DNA from: Chrysomallon squamiferum | Taxonomy: Eukaryota > Animalia > Mollusca | DNA: 64,000 nucleotides | Direction of reading: 5' to 3' | Assembly (NCBI GenBank): GCA_012295275.1 | Contig: CM022666.1 | Span: forward strand, 9,858,001 to 9,922,000 | Part shown: piece after piece, positions 1 to 11,049 of the stretch | Numbering within the stretch: the stretch's first letter is position 1 | Layout of the letters: each line of letters starts with the position of its first letter | Position numbers and translations under genes: made by a program | The notes under the pieces: generated by a model | Database searches by the model: none | The model's input: only the letters and a program-made list of their open reading frames with translations | What the model was told of the DNA's origin: nothing

Positions 1-53
1 ACTTGTGTTTAACACTTGCCCTCTTTTCCCATGCTGCTAACAACTTCAACCAG

Positions 54-256
54 TGGATTTATCAAAGATGAGACTTAGTGATGGTTCTGGTTCTGGTTCC
101 GGTTCAAACTCAAGTGCTGAAGCTTACACAGAACCACTTATCTCCCCCGACTTAGACGACTACAATTTTCTGCGAGGTCACAACATGATGCAGGGATTCT
201 GCTGTGCGACGTTCCCACTGGCACGAGGATTAGCCAGGACAATGAAACGTTTGTAA
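54..256 (+). CDS. Probable alternative terminal coding exon of the beta-PIX/ARHGEF7-like gene (..DLSKMRLSDGSGSGSGSNSSAEAYTEPLISPDLDDYNFLRGHNMMQGFCCATFPLARGLARTMKRL*)
   Basis: Pyrimidine-rich tract and CAG acceptor at 51-53. Open frame to TAA 254-256, GC-richer than its flanks. Phase-1 acceptor, same phase as the PIX exon at 4058. AATAAA at 1049-1054. Assignment to the PIX gene is inferred from position and phase. Confidence 0.6.
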
Positions 257-259
257 AAC

Positions 260-730
260 ATTGGATCTGAGTGAATTAAACATATTTGTCAATCTAAGTG
301 AATTAATCATGTTAATGAAATATTGAATCTAAATGAATTAAAGATGTTGGTGAAACATTTAATCAAAGTGTAAAACACTGAATCTAAGAGATTTAAACAG
401 ATTTGTAAGTGAAACATTAAACATGTTTGTGAAACTGAATCTAAGTGAATGAAAAATCTGTGAAACCCTGAATCTAAGTGAATGAAACCTGTTTGCTAGT
501 GAAACATTTGTCAAATCCTGAATCTACATGAATTAAACGTTTATGAATGAAACACTGAACCTGAATGAATTAAATTTGTTTGTTAATGAAACAGAATCTA
601 AGTGAATTAAACATTTGTGGAACAATGAATCTAAGTGAATGCAACATGTTTATTAGTGAAACACTGAATCTAAATAAATTAAACATGTTTGTTAGTCAAA
701 CAATAAATTTAAGTGAAGTAGGAAATTACT
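260..730. repeat. Degenerate ~35-40 bp minisatellite (GTGAAACACTGAATCTAAGTGAATTAAACATGTTT-like)
   Basis: The GAATCTAAGTGAAT core recurs about a dozen times in tandem. Confidence 0.85.
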
Positions 731-1879
731 TAGTGAGTGTTTTAAAAATGAACTGTTTATAGAATTTTGTCACTATGGTGATATTATTTTTCAGGAACCT
801 CAGAACTTTGTTTCAGGGTGATTTTCTTTGTTGTCATGGTAACCATTATGATGTTAGCTGCTTATAGTATAAATTACACTGCCATTTTCAACAATACTCA
901 ACTGTACAAACATTATTTATTTATTTATTTATTTATTATATTTGATTTTAAGAATTACAATAATTTCTTATTTACAAAGTTATTTGTTTACTGAAGTGTT
1001 CAGTTTTATGTTTGAAGACTTTGCAATGGGAAGTGTGTATGTTTAACAAATAAAACCTTATTTTATGCTATTTAGTTTTAATTTTAAAATATGTGAAAAG
1101 GGTGGTATATTTAATACGTGAGCTAGTGTATCTGTTGTGTTACTGAAAGGGTGTGTTTACAATACTTATTGATTATTTTCTATTCTGAATTGTTTTATAT
1201 AGATTTTCTACACAGATTAAATTAAAAAAGTTTATTAAAACACACATACACACACACACACACACACACCTGCCATTTACAGCTGACTGAAAAAAGTTGC
1301 AGTATATGAATTTTATCTTTTTACTCACAAACACCACATTTTTGTCCAACAAAAAGAAGTATTTAATAAGAGATAAAAATGTTGGAAAAATTATAGTTAT
1401 TTTTTGTTTGTTTTACATAAAGATTTTTTTGAGATGATATTGCATTGTTTTATTAATGGTGCTGTTTTATAGCTATTGTTTATTTTTACAAATTCATTTT
1501 TAGTTCCATATTGTACTTTTATTAATTTAGCTGTGATGTAAAGAATTATAATTATTTTTCACTTGTAAATGAAAATATAATTATATCCACACATGATGAT
1601 ATTATGTTTTTTTTTAGTTATTTTGTGTTGTTGTTATTGTTATTTTGTGTGGTTGTTACTGTTATTCAGTGTTGCAGTTATTGTTACTTCGTCTTGTTTT
1701 ACTTTGGTTGGTTTATTTTGGCTGGGTTACCTCACTGTGTCTTTCATATTTCTATTTCCTATTTTCTTTTCTTTTTTATACTAATTTTGTTTTCTGTTTT
1801 ATTTTATTGTTTTCAGGTGATATATGCATTATATAATTTTTATATGATTTTGGTACGATCTACCATTGTTAAATATATA

Positions 1880-2308
1880 TATCTCACTTTCTCGGTCTAT
1901 GGATATCTCTTAATCTCTGTATCATATAATCAGGCAGACAGAAATAAGTAAAGAGCCATACATACACACCAAACACCAATTGTAGGGACTTATGTATATG
2001 TGTGTGTGTGTGTGCTTGTATATATATATATGTATATATACACACACACATGATCCAGTTTGTTTTCAGTAATTATCTGAGAACTGTCAGTTTTCAGTAG
2101 TTTTCTGTGAACTTTCAGTTTTCAGTAGTTTCTAAGAAGTCTGATTTCAGTAGTTTTCTATAAACTGTCAATTTTTAATAGTTTGTTTGTGAAACATCAG
2201 TTTCAGTCTCTGTCAACTAAATTTCCATTAGTTTTCTGTGAACTGTCTGTTTTCTGTAACTTTCTGTAACTTTGTTAACTGTTTTCAGTGGTTCTCCCTG
2301 AACAGTTT

Positions 2309-2340
<32 letters not shown>

Positions 2341-2465
2341 TACACACATATACATAAGTCCTTACAGTTGAAGCTTGGTGTGTATGGCTGTGTACTTATT
2401 TATGTCTGTCTAATTATATGATACAGAGATTAAGAGATATCCATAGACTGAGAGAGTGTGAGATA
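1880..2465. repeat. Fold-back element: ~135 bp inverted arms (1880-2013 / 2326-2465)
   Basis: 36-bp perfect inverted match 1895-1930 vs 2413-2448. Imperfect pairing extends through both arms. Confidence 0.9.
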
Positions 2466-2629
2466 GAGAGTTTAAGAGTACTTATATACAAGTTTAAATC
2501 TTCATGAGTATTTACAAATGTATCTCTGCATGTATGTATCTTAGAGCGTATTAGCAGACTTGTGTTGTTTTAAACTGAGATTCCTTGCTGAAATTTATTT
2601 ACACTGAGGCTTTAACTATTAATGCTATT

Positions 2630-2976
2630 TAATGAGATATGATGATAAAATGTAATGAGTGTGATGATGAAACCTAATGAGTTATAATGATCAAATATAA
2701 TGAGTTAGGATAAAATGAAATGAGCTATGATGATGAAATATAATGAGTTACGATGATCAAATATGAGTTACAATGATAAAATGTGATGAGTTATGATGAT
2801 AATTCATGATGAATTATGTTGATGAAGTATAATGAGTTACGATGATAAAATGTAATGAGTTACAATGATAAAATGTAATGAGTTACAATTATGAAATATA
2901 TTGAATTACAGTGATGAAATAAAATGAGTTACAATGATGAAATATAATGAGTTATGATGATAAAATGTAATGAGTT
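2630..2976. repeat. ~23 bp minisatellite (AATGAGTTACAATGATAAAATGT-like)
   Basis: AATGAGTTA recurs at regular short spacing. Confidence 0.85.
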
Positions 2977-3467
2977 ATATAATAGTTTGTGTTGTGTTCT
3001 GTGTAGAACTTCTGCAAATATTTTCTGTTGACATTGTTTAGTTTGCGCATGCATACATACATTAATACCCATTGTGTTATATAACTTGTTAATTCAAAGC
3101 ATGTTATTCTGAATGATTGATTACTGCTGTTTATATGTTTCAAAGCTGTGTCTTAATCCAGCATGCATATATGTTGTTGTTTCTGCTTCAGTTGTGTTAA
3201 TGTTTATTGAAATAATATGTAACTATTTTGACAAATAATTTAATATCGCTGTTCACATGAAACAAATTAAAGTTTTGACTATTTATTTTATAATTAATTA
3301 ATATTTAAGAAAGTTTTATTGTTGTTATTACATCTGAAAGTTAATAATAATAATAATAATAATTAAGAATAATAATAATAATAATAATAATTAATAATAA
3401 TAAATTGTGATATACACCATATTTTGGGTCGTTTTCTTGGCTGGTATTTCTGTAGCTTTCTGAATCT

Positions 3468-3780
3468 ATCCAGTTTGTTTTCAGTAATTACCTGAGAACT
3501 GTCAGTTTTCAATAGTTTTCTGTAAACTTTCAGTTTTCAGTAGTTTCTAAGAAGTTTTGTGAATTATCAGTTTTCAGCCTCTGTCAACTGAATTTCCATT
3601 AGTTTTCTGTTAACTGTTTTCAGTGGTTCTCCCTGAACAGTTTTCATTATTTGTGAACTGTCCAATTTTAGTACTTTTCTGTGAACTGTCTGTTCAAAAG
3701 AATTTTCTGAGAAATGCAAAAATTCAGTAGCTCTCTGTGGATTGACACTTTTAAGGCTTCTCTGTAACTGTCAGATTTCA
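3468..3780. repeat. CAGTTTT/GAACTGTC-rich degenerate repeat; direct copy of 2053-2310
   Basis: ATCCAGTTTGTTTTCAGTAATTA.CTGAGAACTGTCAGTTTTC... and TTTCAGTGGTTCTCCCTGAACAGTTTT occur at both sites. Confidence 0.85.
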
Positions 3781-4057
3781 AATCATTATGCAACTATAAA
3801 TCAGTAATACTAATAATTCATTTAAAATTTTAATATTATGAAGTCTTACATTTGTTCTTAATATTGCTGTAATAGTTCTAAATTTATTAAATGAAAAATT
3901 GTAATCAGTTTAATTATATAAATAGTAATTAAAATATTTCTCACCTGTACTTTTAATGAAAAAATATCAAAATTTGCTTTAGATGTTGTGTTTAAGTTTT
4001 GTCAGTGTTGCTGTTGTTGATTGCTGCTTACATGATGTTTTTGCTTCAATCCCACAG

Positions 4058-4130
4058 CTGTTTTAAGTTCTCCTCACGTCCTCATTGCTGATGAAGAAAA
4101 AATCATTGATGAATCAGACTTTCAAGAAAA
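4058..4130 (+). CDS. ARHGEF7: beta-PIX/ARHGEF7-like exon (VLSSPHVLIADEEKIIDESDFQEK)
   Basis: cccacag| acceptor and |gtaagt donor. Translation resembles vertebrate beta-PIX 'PQVLLPEEEKII..EEK'. Phases (1 to 2) join the next exon. Confidence 0.85.
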
Positions 4131-4402
4131 GTAAGTAACACATAAAATATCCTTTTTGTGCTGCTTAATGGACAGAATATTCTTTTAATAGTATAAAATA
4201 TGTTTACTTTAATCACACCATTATTATTATTATTATTATTATATAATTTTTTTTATTTATGTAATTATTTTTTTTTTTTTTTTTCTGGAAATGTTAAAGT
4301 AAGATAATGTTTTTTTTGTTGTAAGTGTGAAAGGTCAAAGGGAGATGTTTTTCATGTTATAATTGTGAAATGTTAAAGTGAGATGATGTTTTTTGTTGAC
4401 AG

Positions 4403-4457
4403 AACACTTGTAGATACTGTGTATTCATTGAAAGACAAAGTCAAGGAACTTGAACAG
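4403..4457 (+). CDS. ARHGEF7: beta-PIX/ARHGEF7-like exon, start of C-terminal coiled coil (TLVDTVYSLKDKVKELEQ)
   Basis: ttgacag| acceptor and |gtattg donor. Close match to the PIX signature SLVDTVYALKDEVQEL. Confidence 0.92.
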
Positions 4458-4674
4458 GTATTGATTGGTTTTATTTAATATCTTTTTTTTGTGTCATACA
4501 CAGCCAAATACACACAACCATGCACATACAGATACACATACATGAAAACATGCAGATACAACATACACAGCCACAAACACACATAGTCACACTGTAACTG
4601 TTCCATCCTCTATTTCTGAGTATAACAAATAATTTTGTTATAATAGTTTTATTGTAATGATGTTGCTGCTGTAG

Positions 4675-4800
4675 GAACAGAAGCGAATGAAGCGTGACAT
4701 TGAGGATGAGAGGAAAGCTCGGCGCAGACTTGAGAACATGATACACAAACAAATGGGACGACAGCTACTGGAGCCAGTGTCTAGTGAAACATCAGCATGA
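4675..4800 (+). CDS. ARHGEF7: beta-PIX/ARHGEF7-like last coding exon (EQKRMKRDIEDERKARRRLENMIHKQMGRQLLEPVSSETSA*)
   Basis: tgtag| acceptor, in frame with the previous exon, TGA at 4798-4800. Resembles beta-PIX 'KKMKKSLEEEQRARKDLEKLV...DETNL'. Confidence 0.88.
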   Translation, partial: EQKRMKRDIEDERKARRRLENMIHKQMGRQLLEPVSSETSA

Positions 4801-5587
4801 CAACTGCATTTATAGTCTATACTGCAGTAACACACTGTTACATCAACAGCATCTGTACTTTGTTAGTATGGAGAACACAGACATTTGGGATGATGTTATA
4901 TGACAACATCATTTCTGTTTGAACTGTTTTAGTATTGATAATAAAAGTTTCTAGTTTTATGCTGTTGGGATGATTATGTAACAGTATATCGTTATGACAA
5001 CAGCATTTGTACTTAATTTTTGAACTTGGTACTGAATATCACATACAAAACAGATGATAATTACATTGGCTTAACTGCATTTCTAGGTAGTACTTTTCTA
5101 GGATTATTATTGATTAGATGAATGTTGAAATGTGCTGGGACCATTCAGAAACAAACAGGTAACTATTTTTGTATTTGCTCACAGATAGAATGTGTTGTCA
5201 CTCCTGAAACATGTATGTGTAAACTATGATATATGTATGTACATAAGTATGTATGTATATATATATGTATATATGTATGTCTTTATGTATGCATGTGCAC
5301 AGAAATAAAATTCAGGTATTCAGCCAGTGTCTGCAAGAAAACTCCTATGCTTAGGCAGTGGGAAATAAGCATGTACACACACACACACACACACAATAGA
5401 GATTCATCTGTAGAGAAAAGATTGGAAAAACAAACACATGTAGATATGTGTTTGTTTATCTCCTATTCTGTGTTTACATTTTAAACCAAAATGTAAGATG
5501 TCAAACACAATATTTACTGTTTATGTACAAAGTTGTATTTAAGTGCTGTTTGGTTACATCTTCAGTGTGCTGAATTTTAAACATTGT

Positions 5588-5593
5588 AATAAA
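5588..5593 (+). terminator. Candidate polyadenylation signal of the PIX gene
   Basis: AATAAA with an overlapping upstream TGTA and downstream GT-rich sequence. Another AATAAA lies at 4940-4945. Confidence 0.4.
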
Positions 5594-5639
5594 CAGTTGT
5601 TGAGTGAGGTTGTTTTGTATGGTGTGGTTACAAAGAGAA

Positions 5640-5932
5640 TCTGTTAGTGTTTGTGTGAGTGAGTAGATTTGTGTTATGTGTAAGTTGACATGTTTGAGTG
5701 AGTATGTATGTGTTGGTGAGTTTGTGTTGTATGCAAGTTGGTGTGTATGTGTTTGTATGAGTGACTAAGTTTGTGTTGTGCATAGTTGGTGTGTGTGAGT
5801 AGGTTTGTGTTGCACATAAGTTGGTGTGTGTGAGTAGGTTTATGTTCATAAGTTAGTGTGTTTGTGTGAGTGAGTAGGTTTGTGTTGTGTTTGTGTTGTG
5901 TGTAAGTTGGCATGTGTTTGTGCGAGTGAGTG
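5640..5932. repeat. GT-rich degenerate minisatellite
   Basis: Recurring GTGAGTAGGTTTGTGTTG...AAGTTGG units. Confidence 0.7.
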
Positions 5933-7054
5933 AAAATATGATTACATCACCTGTTTTTCTTGGTTAATTTTGTTTTGTGAATTATTTAAACAGGTCAGAA
6001 ATAAAATGACTAGTATAGTTGTATGTCATTATAGTTGTGAAATACACATGTATGTCATTATGTACAATTCATCTGTAAAATATATGCTTATGAAAAGAAA
6101 AATATCATGTGAGAGACATTTATTGAATATTGTGTAATATTTGAAAGAAATTGAAACTTAAGCATGATGAAGTGTTTTAAGATTAAAACTGTTGTGGTAA
6201 AAAAATTTCTAGCTCAATTTCAGTCTCATGAAACTGAAGATTTGTTTTTAAAATGTTCAGCTTGTTTTATGATGAAATTTAATCATACAAAAACTGATTT
6301 GAAAATATTTTTACTTGTTTTGCTATTAATGTAATGTTTACTAATGTGTATATTTATATATTTATAAATAATTAAACAGTATGGAATGATCTCTGTGTTG
6401 TTATTATTACCACTTACAACATCATCAGCAACAACAACAACAAATACTACTACTATTACAACTGTTAAAACTATTTCTACCACTATTACCATTACCACAA
6501 CAACTGCTATTATTACTGCTACCATTACAACAACTACTATTATTATAACCTTTATTCCTATTTCTACCACTAATACTACTGTTGCAACTACTACTACTAC
6601 TACTACTACCTCTGCTGTTAATATGCTTTTACTGCCATTATTACAAACGTTATTACTTCTACCACTATTACCATTGCTACTACTGTTACAACTCTGTCAC
6701 TACTACTATTACTATTTTTACGGGCACCATCTTTATTGCTAATATTAGTAAACATTTACTACCACTTTTATTACTATTATACTGCTAGTACTATTTCTAT
6801 ATTCAAATGTAAAAGTATTAGTAGATTTGACATGATTCACATCATGGTTTGTAACCTGTATCATCCAGACAGTTAATTAACAACAACATCAACAACAGCA
6901 ATATGGGTATGTTTGGTGTATTGTTTATGTAGGTGTGTTTTTTTGTTTTTTTTTCTTTTCTTTTGCTTCAGGCATTCAGACGGAGTCTGAATAATGGAAC
7001 CAACTGGCTTAGGGAAATTGCCTACAGCCAAGTGGAAATTGAAAACTTCACACA

Positions 7055-7086
<32 letters not shown>

Positions 7087-7877
7087 GGGGGGGGAGCAAA
7101 AAAAAAAAAGTAGAAGAAGAAGAATATACTGGAGGCGTGATAGTATAAGATTTTTCAATTAAAAACGTGTTTGCTTGGTAACAAAAACCAGGAAGAGTCT
7201 GTGTTCGTAGTAATTTATTTTTATTTATTTTGTCTGATGACGTCACTAAGTAGACTAAACAACTCTAAAGAGGGCTTCAGTACGTGTAGGTTTACGAAAA
7301 AGCTGTTAGCCAAAGATAAAATCCATTTTCTTAATAATCTATTCACTTTATTAAGGACTTCGATATCCGCTGTTTTTAGAAGACGTTTTATCATTTTCAT
7401 GTGTCCGTAGAAAACTAATTTTCAATGATTTTATTATTACTGTTAATTAATTAACTACATATTATGAATGGAATTTATTTTGTTTTTTAAAATATTGTTT
7501 CTTTCCATAATAGCAAAAGATCCTTTTTAAAAAATTCGTCTTTAAACGATTCGCATCATGGTTGAATCGTATTTTACAGTTGTTATATTCTTGTAAAAGA
7601 AACGGATTAATTTTACTTTGTGTACGTTGACGTTATTGCATATGATTGTAACATCAGTATTGTTTTCTTCTCCTTCTTCTTATAATAATAATAATAATAA
7701 TAATATAGTATGCCGCAAAAAATGTTTTATTATTATTATTTTTTTATGTGACAACATATCGTTTGAATAGATAGTAACAGAATATTTACTGTGAAGACAC
7801 ACACACACACACATACGTACAACATATACACACGCACATACGTACAACATATATACACACGCACGCACACACCTCTC

Positions 7878-7921
<44 letters not shown>

Positions 7922-8380
7922 ATAATAGTAATAAAAAACTACTATTGCTATTAATGATGATGACGACCATAATAATAAAAAACAAAACAAAAACAATATC
8001 TACAACAACTATAAAGTAAAAACTATATATAAATATGAAGGTGAATCAACTAAAGAAATGATGAGTTTAATGGAAAAACACGATAAATGTTTTAAAATGA
8101 ATTATTTCCTCTTCTTCTGTACAAAAACAACGTGTCTCCAGTGAAGATTAAGAAATGACTGAGGTGAAACGTTTTGTAAATAAAAACTGGTCACGTGACT
8201 ATTTTCTTCTCTTCATCTAACAGTGATCTTAACTGAATTATGCTCTCTGCTGTTTAAATACACTTTTTTTATATATAGAATTCATTATATATATATATGA
8301 ACTTTTAGTTTTATTTTTTTTATATTATTATTATTATTATTTTTTTTTTTTGATCTAATTAATTCAAATAGAGCGAGAAT

Positions 8381-9379
8381 TTATAAGGCAGTTGATTGGT
8401 TTTTTGAGCTACACCGCTGAAAATACATCCCTACAAACACTTTTCTGAAGTTTTTTCCGAACACCAAATAAACGAGGAGACTAACACAGAAGTCTAAATA
8501 ATAAACAAGTTCAAAAATTCGCTGCAGAATCATGTCTTGGTAGGTCGGCTTTGTGTTAATGTACATTATCATCTCCTTGATTCGAAACACGTGACTGGGC
8601 ATGTGAAACAGGAAGAAGGATACGGAAACGGCGAAAAGCATTCTGGTTACTTGTGCTTCCGGTGTAGATGTCGACTTCTTACGTTTGTGTCCCTGCACGA
8701 GCCTTTGTTTTCTCTTGTACGCGCTGAGTGCACTGACGGACACAAGCGGGACGAGAATAAGCATGATGAGGAGGGGAACCACCAAAGTGAGGACCGTGTC
8801 GACGTACGTGAAGGCGCGGATGACGTGAGCCAGCTCACCGGTTGGAAGACACTGTCCATACCTGACCCTCGTCGTCCAGAACGTGAAGTTGTAAACGCCC
8901 AGTCCTACCGTGACGAAAGCCAAGATGACTTTCTTCGCTACTGTCGTTGTGCAGAAGGTGTGTACCAGTGCAGGTTGTGAAATTCGAATACAGTTCTCAA
9001 ACGAGATCATGACGACTAGCCAGATTGAGAGAAAAGGACAGAAGTAGGTGAGAAAGACGGTCACCTGACAGATACCAGGATAACAGAGCAGAGAGACGCG
9101 AACTCGCTGAAGAAAGAACATAAGCAGTGTGACGAGGAAGCCGACGTCGGATAGGGACTTGACTCCGAGGTACAAACAACACGATGTCTTTCGCAGGCTT
9201 TGGCTGAAGAATGAACCAACAGCGAAACAATTCCCTACGCCGCCCACGATGACGATGATGGGAAAAAGTACAGTTTGTATTCGACGGATGATGACGTAGG
9301 TTGGATGTTCTGATATGTGGCTGATGTTACCCCATGTTGTAACAGTTTCCGATACGTTGTATGATACAGTGGTTGCCAT
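8381..9379 (-). CDS. Intronless class A (rhodopsin-like) GPCR, 332 aa, FMRFamide-receptor/GPR139-like orphan peptide-receptor group
   Basis: ATG at 9379 in gcTCCATGG context. Seven hydrophobic segments, TM1 GN, TM2 LxxSD, TM3 Cys plus ECL2 Cys, TM5 P, TM6 'TRMLFAVS...HMP', TM7 Y..F.KNFR helix 8. N-glycosylation sequons NVS and NIS. Confidence 0.93.
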   Translation of the reverse strand: MATTVSYNVSETVTTWGNISHISEHPTYVIIRRIQTVLFPIIVIVGGVGNCFAVGSFFSQSLRKTSCCLYLGVKSLSDVGFLVTLLMFFLQRVRVSLLCYPGICQVTVFLTYFCPFLSIWLVVMISFENCIRISQPALVHTFCTTTVAKKVILAFVTVGLGVYNFTFWTTRVRYGQCLPTGELAHVIRAFTYVDTVLTLVVPLLIMLILVPLVSVSALSAYKRKQRLVQGHKRKKSTSTPEAQVTRMLFAVSVSFFLFHMPSHVFRIKEMIMYINTKPTYQDMILQRIFELVYYLDFCVSLLVYLVFGKNFRKVFVGMYFQRCSSKNQSTAL

Positions 9380-9896
9380 GGAGCGAATTTGTTTAAGATA
9401 AAGTTTCACTGATACAAACTTAGACTGCAAAATCAACAAAGTTCAGAAATAAACTATTATTACATATCATCGAATAACGAGTTTTCATTTAGTTCCAAGT
9501 TATCACAGTTTCGTTGTAGGTTACCTCTGAACTGTGATTACTTTGAATGGTAAAAATCCCGTTATGTTTCTCTACAAGCTGCAGGCAGAACATTGTATGA
9601 GTGGATCAGTAAATTCATTAGGAAATATATAATCACAAAACGCGTTATGGTACAATCTGACTGGTGTCTTTCTTCAAACAATATATTTGCTCACTGACGT
9701 CAGGGTCTGATACAAAAGATTTCTGCTTACGCTTAAAATCTTTCAGTTATCATTGGTGACTCCACGTCTTGTTTGTCGTTTCACTAAGTAATTACCACAG
9801 CTGTGACGAGCCGGTTTACCAGCTAATCACATTAGCGTCTCAGTGTGTCCTTTGAATCAGACGACAGTCCGCCATTGTTGTTGTCGCGCCGTGGAC
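9380..9896 (-). other. Probable 5'UTR part of the GPCR coding exon, containing a uORF (9875-9840, MADCRLIQRTH*)
   Basis: Strong minus-strand acceptor ctttatctttgcag| at 9897. uATG in ACAACAATGG context. Confidence 0.5.
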
Positions 9897-10555
9897 CTGC
9901 AAAGATAAAGAAAACTGATCAGAGAAATACAGTCCGATTCATGTGTGTCCGCATCACTTCATTTAATGGTCAGTTCTGATAATGCTTCCGGAAAGCAAAG
10001 AGATCTCAGTTGGCAGACCGGAAGTACTTCCAGAAAGTTGATTTGTACCATGAATAACAGTTGCAGAAACTAACTGTGGATTGCGATATTCAAATGTTTA
10101 TAAGATCTAAGAGCATTGTGTTGCTCATGATCATGGTAATAATGATGAAAAGAAACTAACTTGTATATACGAAATCACGTCAGTTTTGCAGTTATGAGTA
10201 ACTTAAAACTTAAATCTGGCAGATTTTGTGGTTTAAAATAAAATTTAATCATATGAAATTAATTTATACAAAAGACTGCTTCTACTGTTAAGTGTTATCG
10301 TACGGGGAAAAAAAAAAAGAAGTTGTGCGTCTTTTTCAGTTCTATGAGGAACGTTAGATTGAAGTATTAAACTAAATCTTTTCTCGTCAATACGTGTCTA
10401 GACGCGGGCTATAAGTGGACGCGCTTTAAAGAGGGATTTACCAATATAATAGTAATTTCCGGTCTCTCTTTCGCAATTGACCTGACGGAACAGAGAAATA
10501 ATCACGGCTAAACCTAAGTAAATAGAGTAACCTATAATAATGAAAAAAAGAAATG

Positions 10556-10634
<79 letters not shown>

Positions 10635-10654
10635 GTATGTCACTGTATGTGTGT

Positions 10655-10859
10655 GTTCTGTAATAGCTGTACATAATGGCAAGATATGGTGACGAGATAT
10701 ATTTCTGTATTTTCGGTCACTGAACAAAAAATATCAACAATCAACTTATCGAAGTAAATATAGTTCCGTCCCCAAAAGATATATTTTTGATCAGTGACCG
10801 AAAATATAGAAATCTATCTCGTCACCATATCTTGCCACTATGTACAGCGATTATAGAAC
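10655..10859. mobile_element. MITE-like hairpin element with ~80 bp inverted arms, embedded in (TG)n/(CA)n
   Basis: 10655-10735 is the near-perfect reverse complement of 10778-10859 (e.g. TGGCAAGATATGGTGACGAGATA / TATCTCGTCACCATATCTTGCCA). Loop about 42 bp. Confidence 0.85.
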
Positions 10860-11049
10860 ACACACACACACACACATATATAGGTTAAGGCCACCTTTTC
10901 TATTCAACCTCACCTACAGTTTCACAGACAAAAGGAAACAACAAAATGGAGTGAATAATGTGTAGTATATCTATTTCTGCTTCAAAATACACAAACACTA
11001 GTTGCATTGTGCTTATACTTTTGAAATGGGAACCAGGTTAAACATTATT

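Noticed and set aside
6283-6788. Thr/Val/Leu-rich ORFs resembling mucin or membrane proteins (also 19011-19684, 25889-26227, 28237-28473, 29897-30258)
   Set aside because: Translations of degenerate (ACT/AGT/AAT)n trinucleotide repeats, with no splice context.
6960-7060. Possible + exon after ttgcttcag (AFRRSLNNGTNWLREIAYSQVEIENF)
   Set aside because: No donor or recognisable homology, and it runs into poly-T/G/A. More likely a repeat fragment.
8537-8980. 147 aa + strand ORF and other ORFs overlapping the GPCR
   Set aside because: Antisense or alternate-frame shadows of the GC-richer GPCR CDS, with no recognisable domain.
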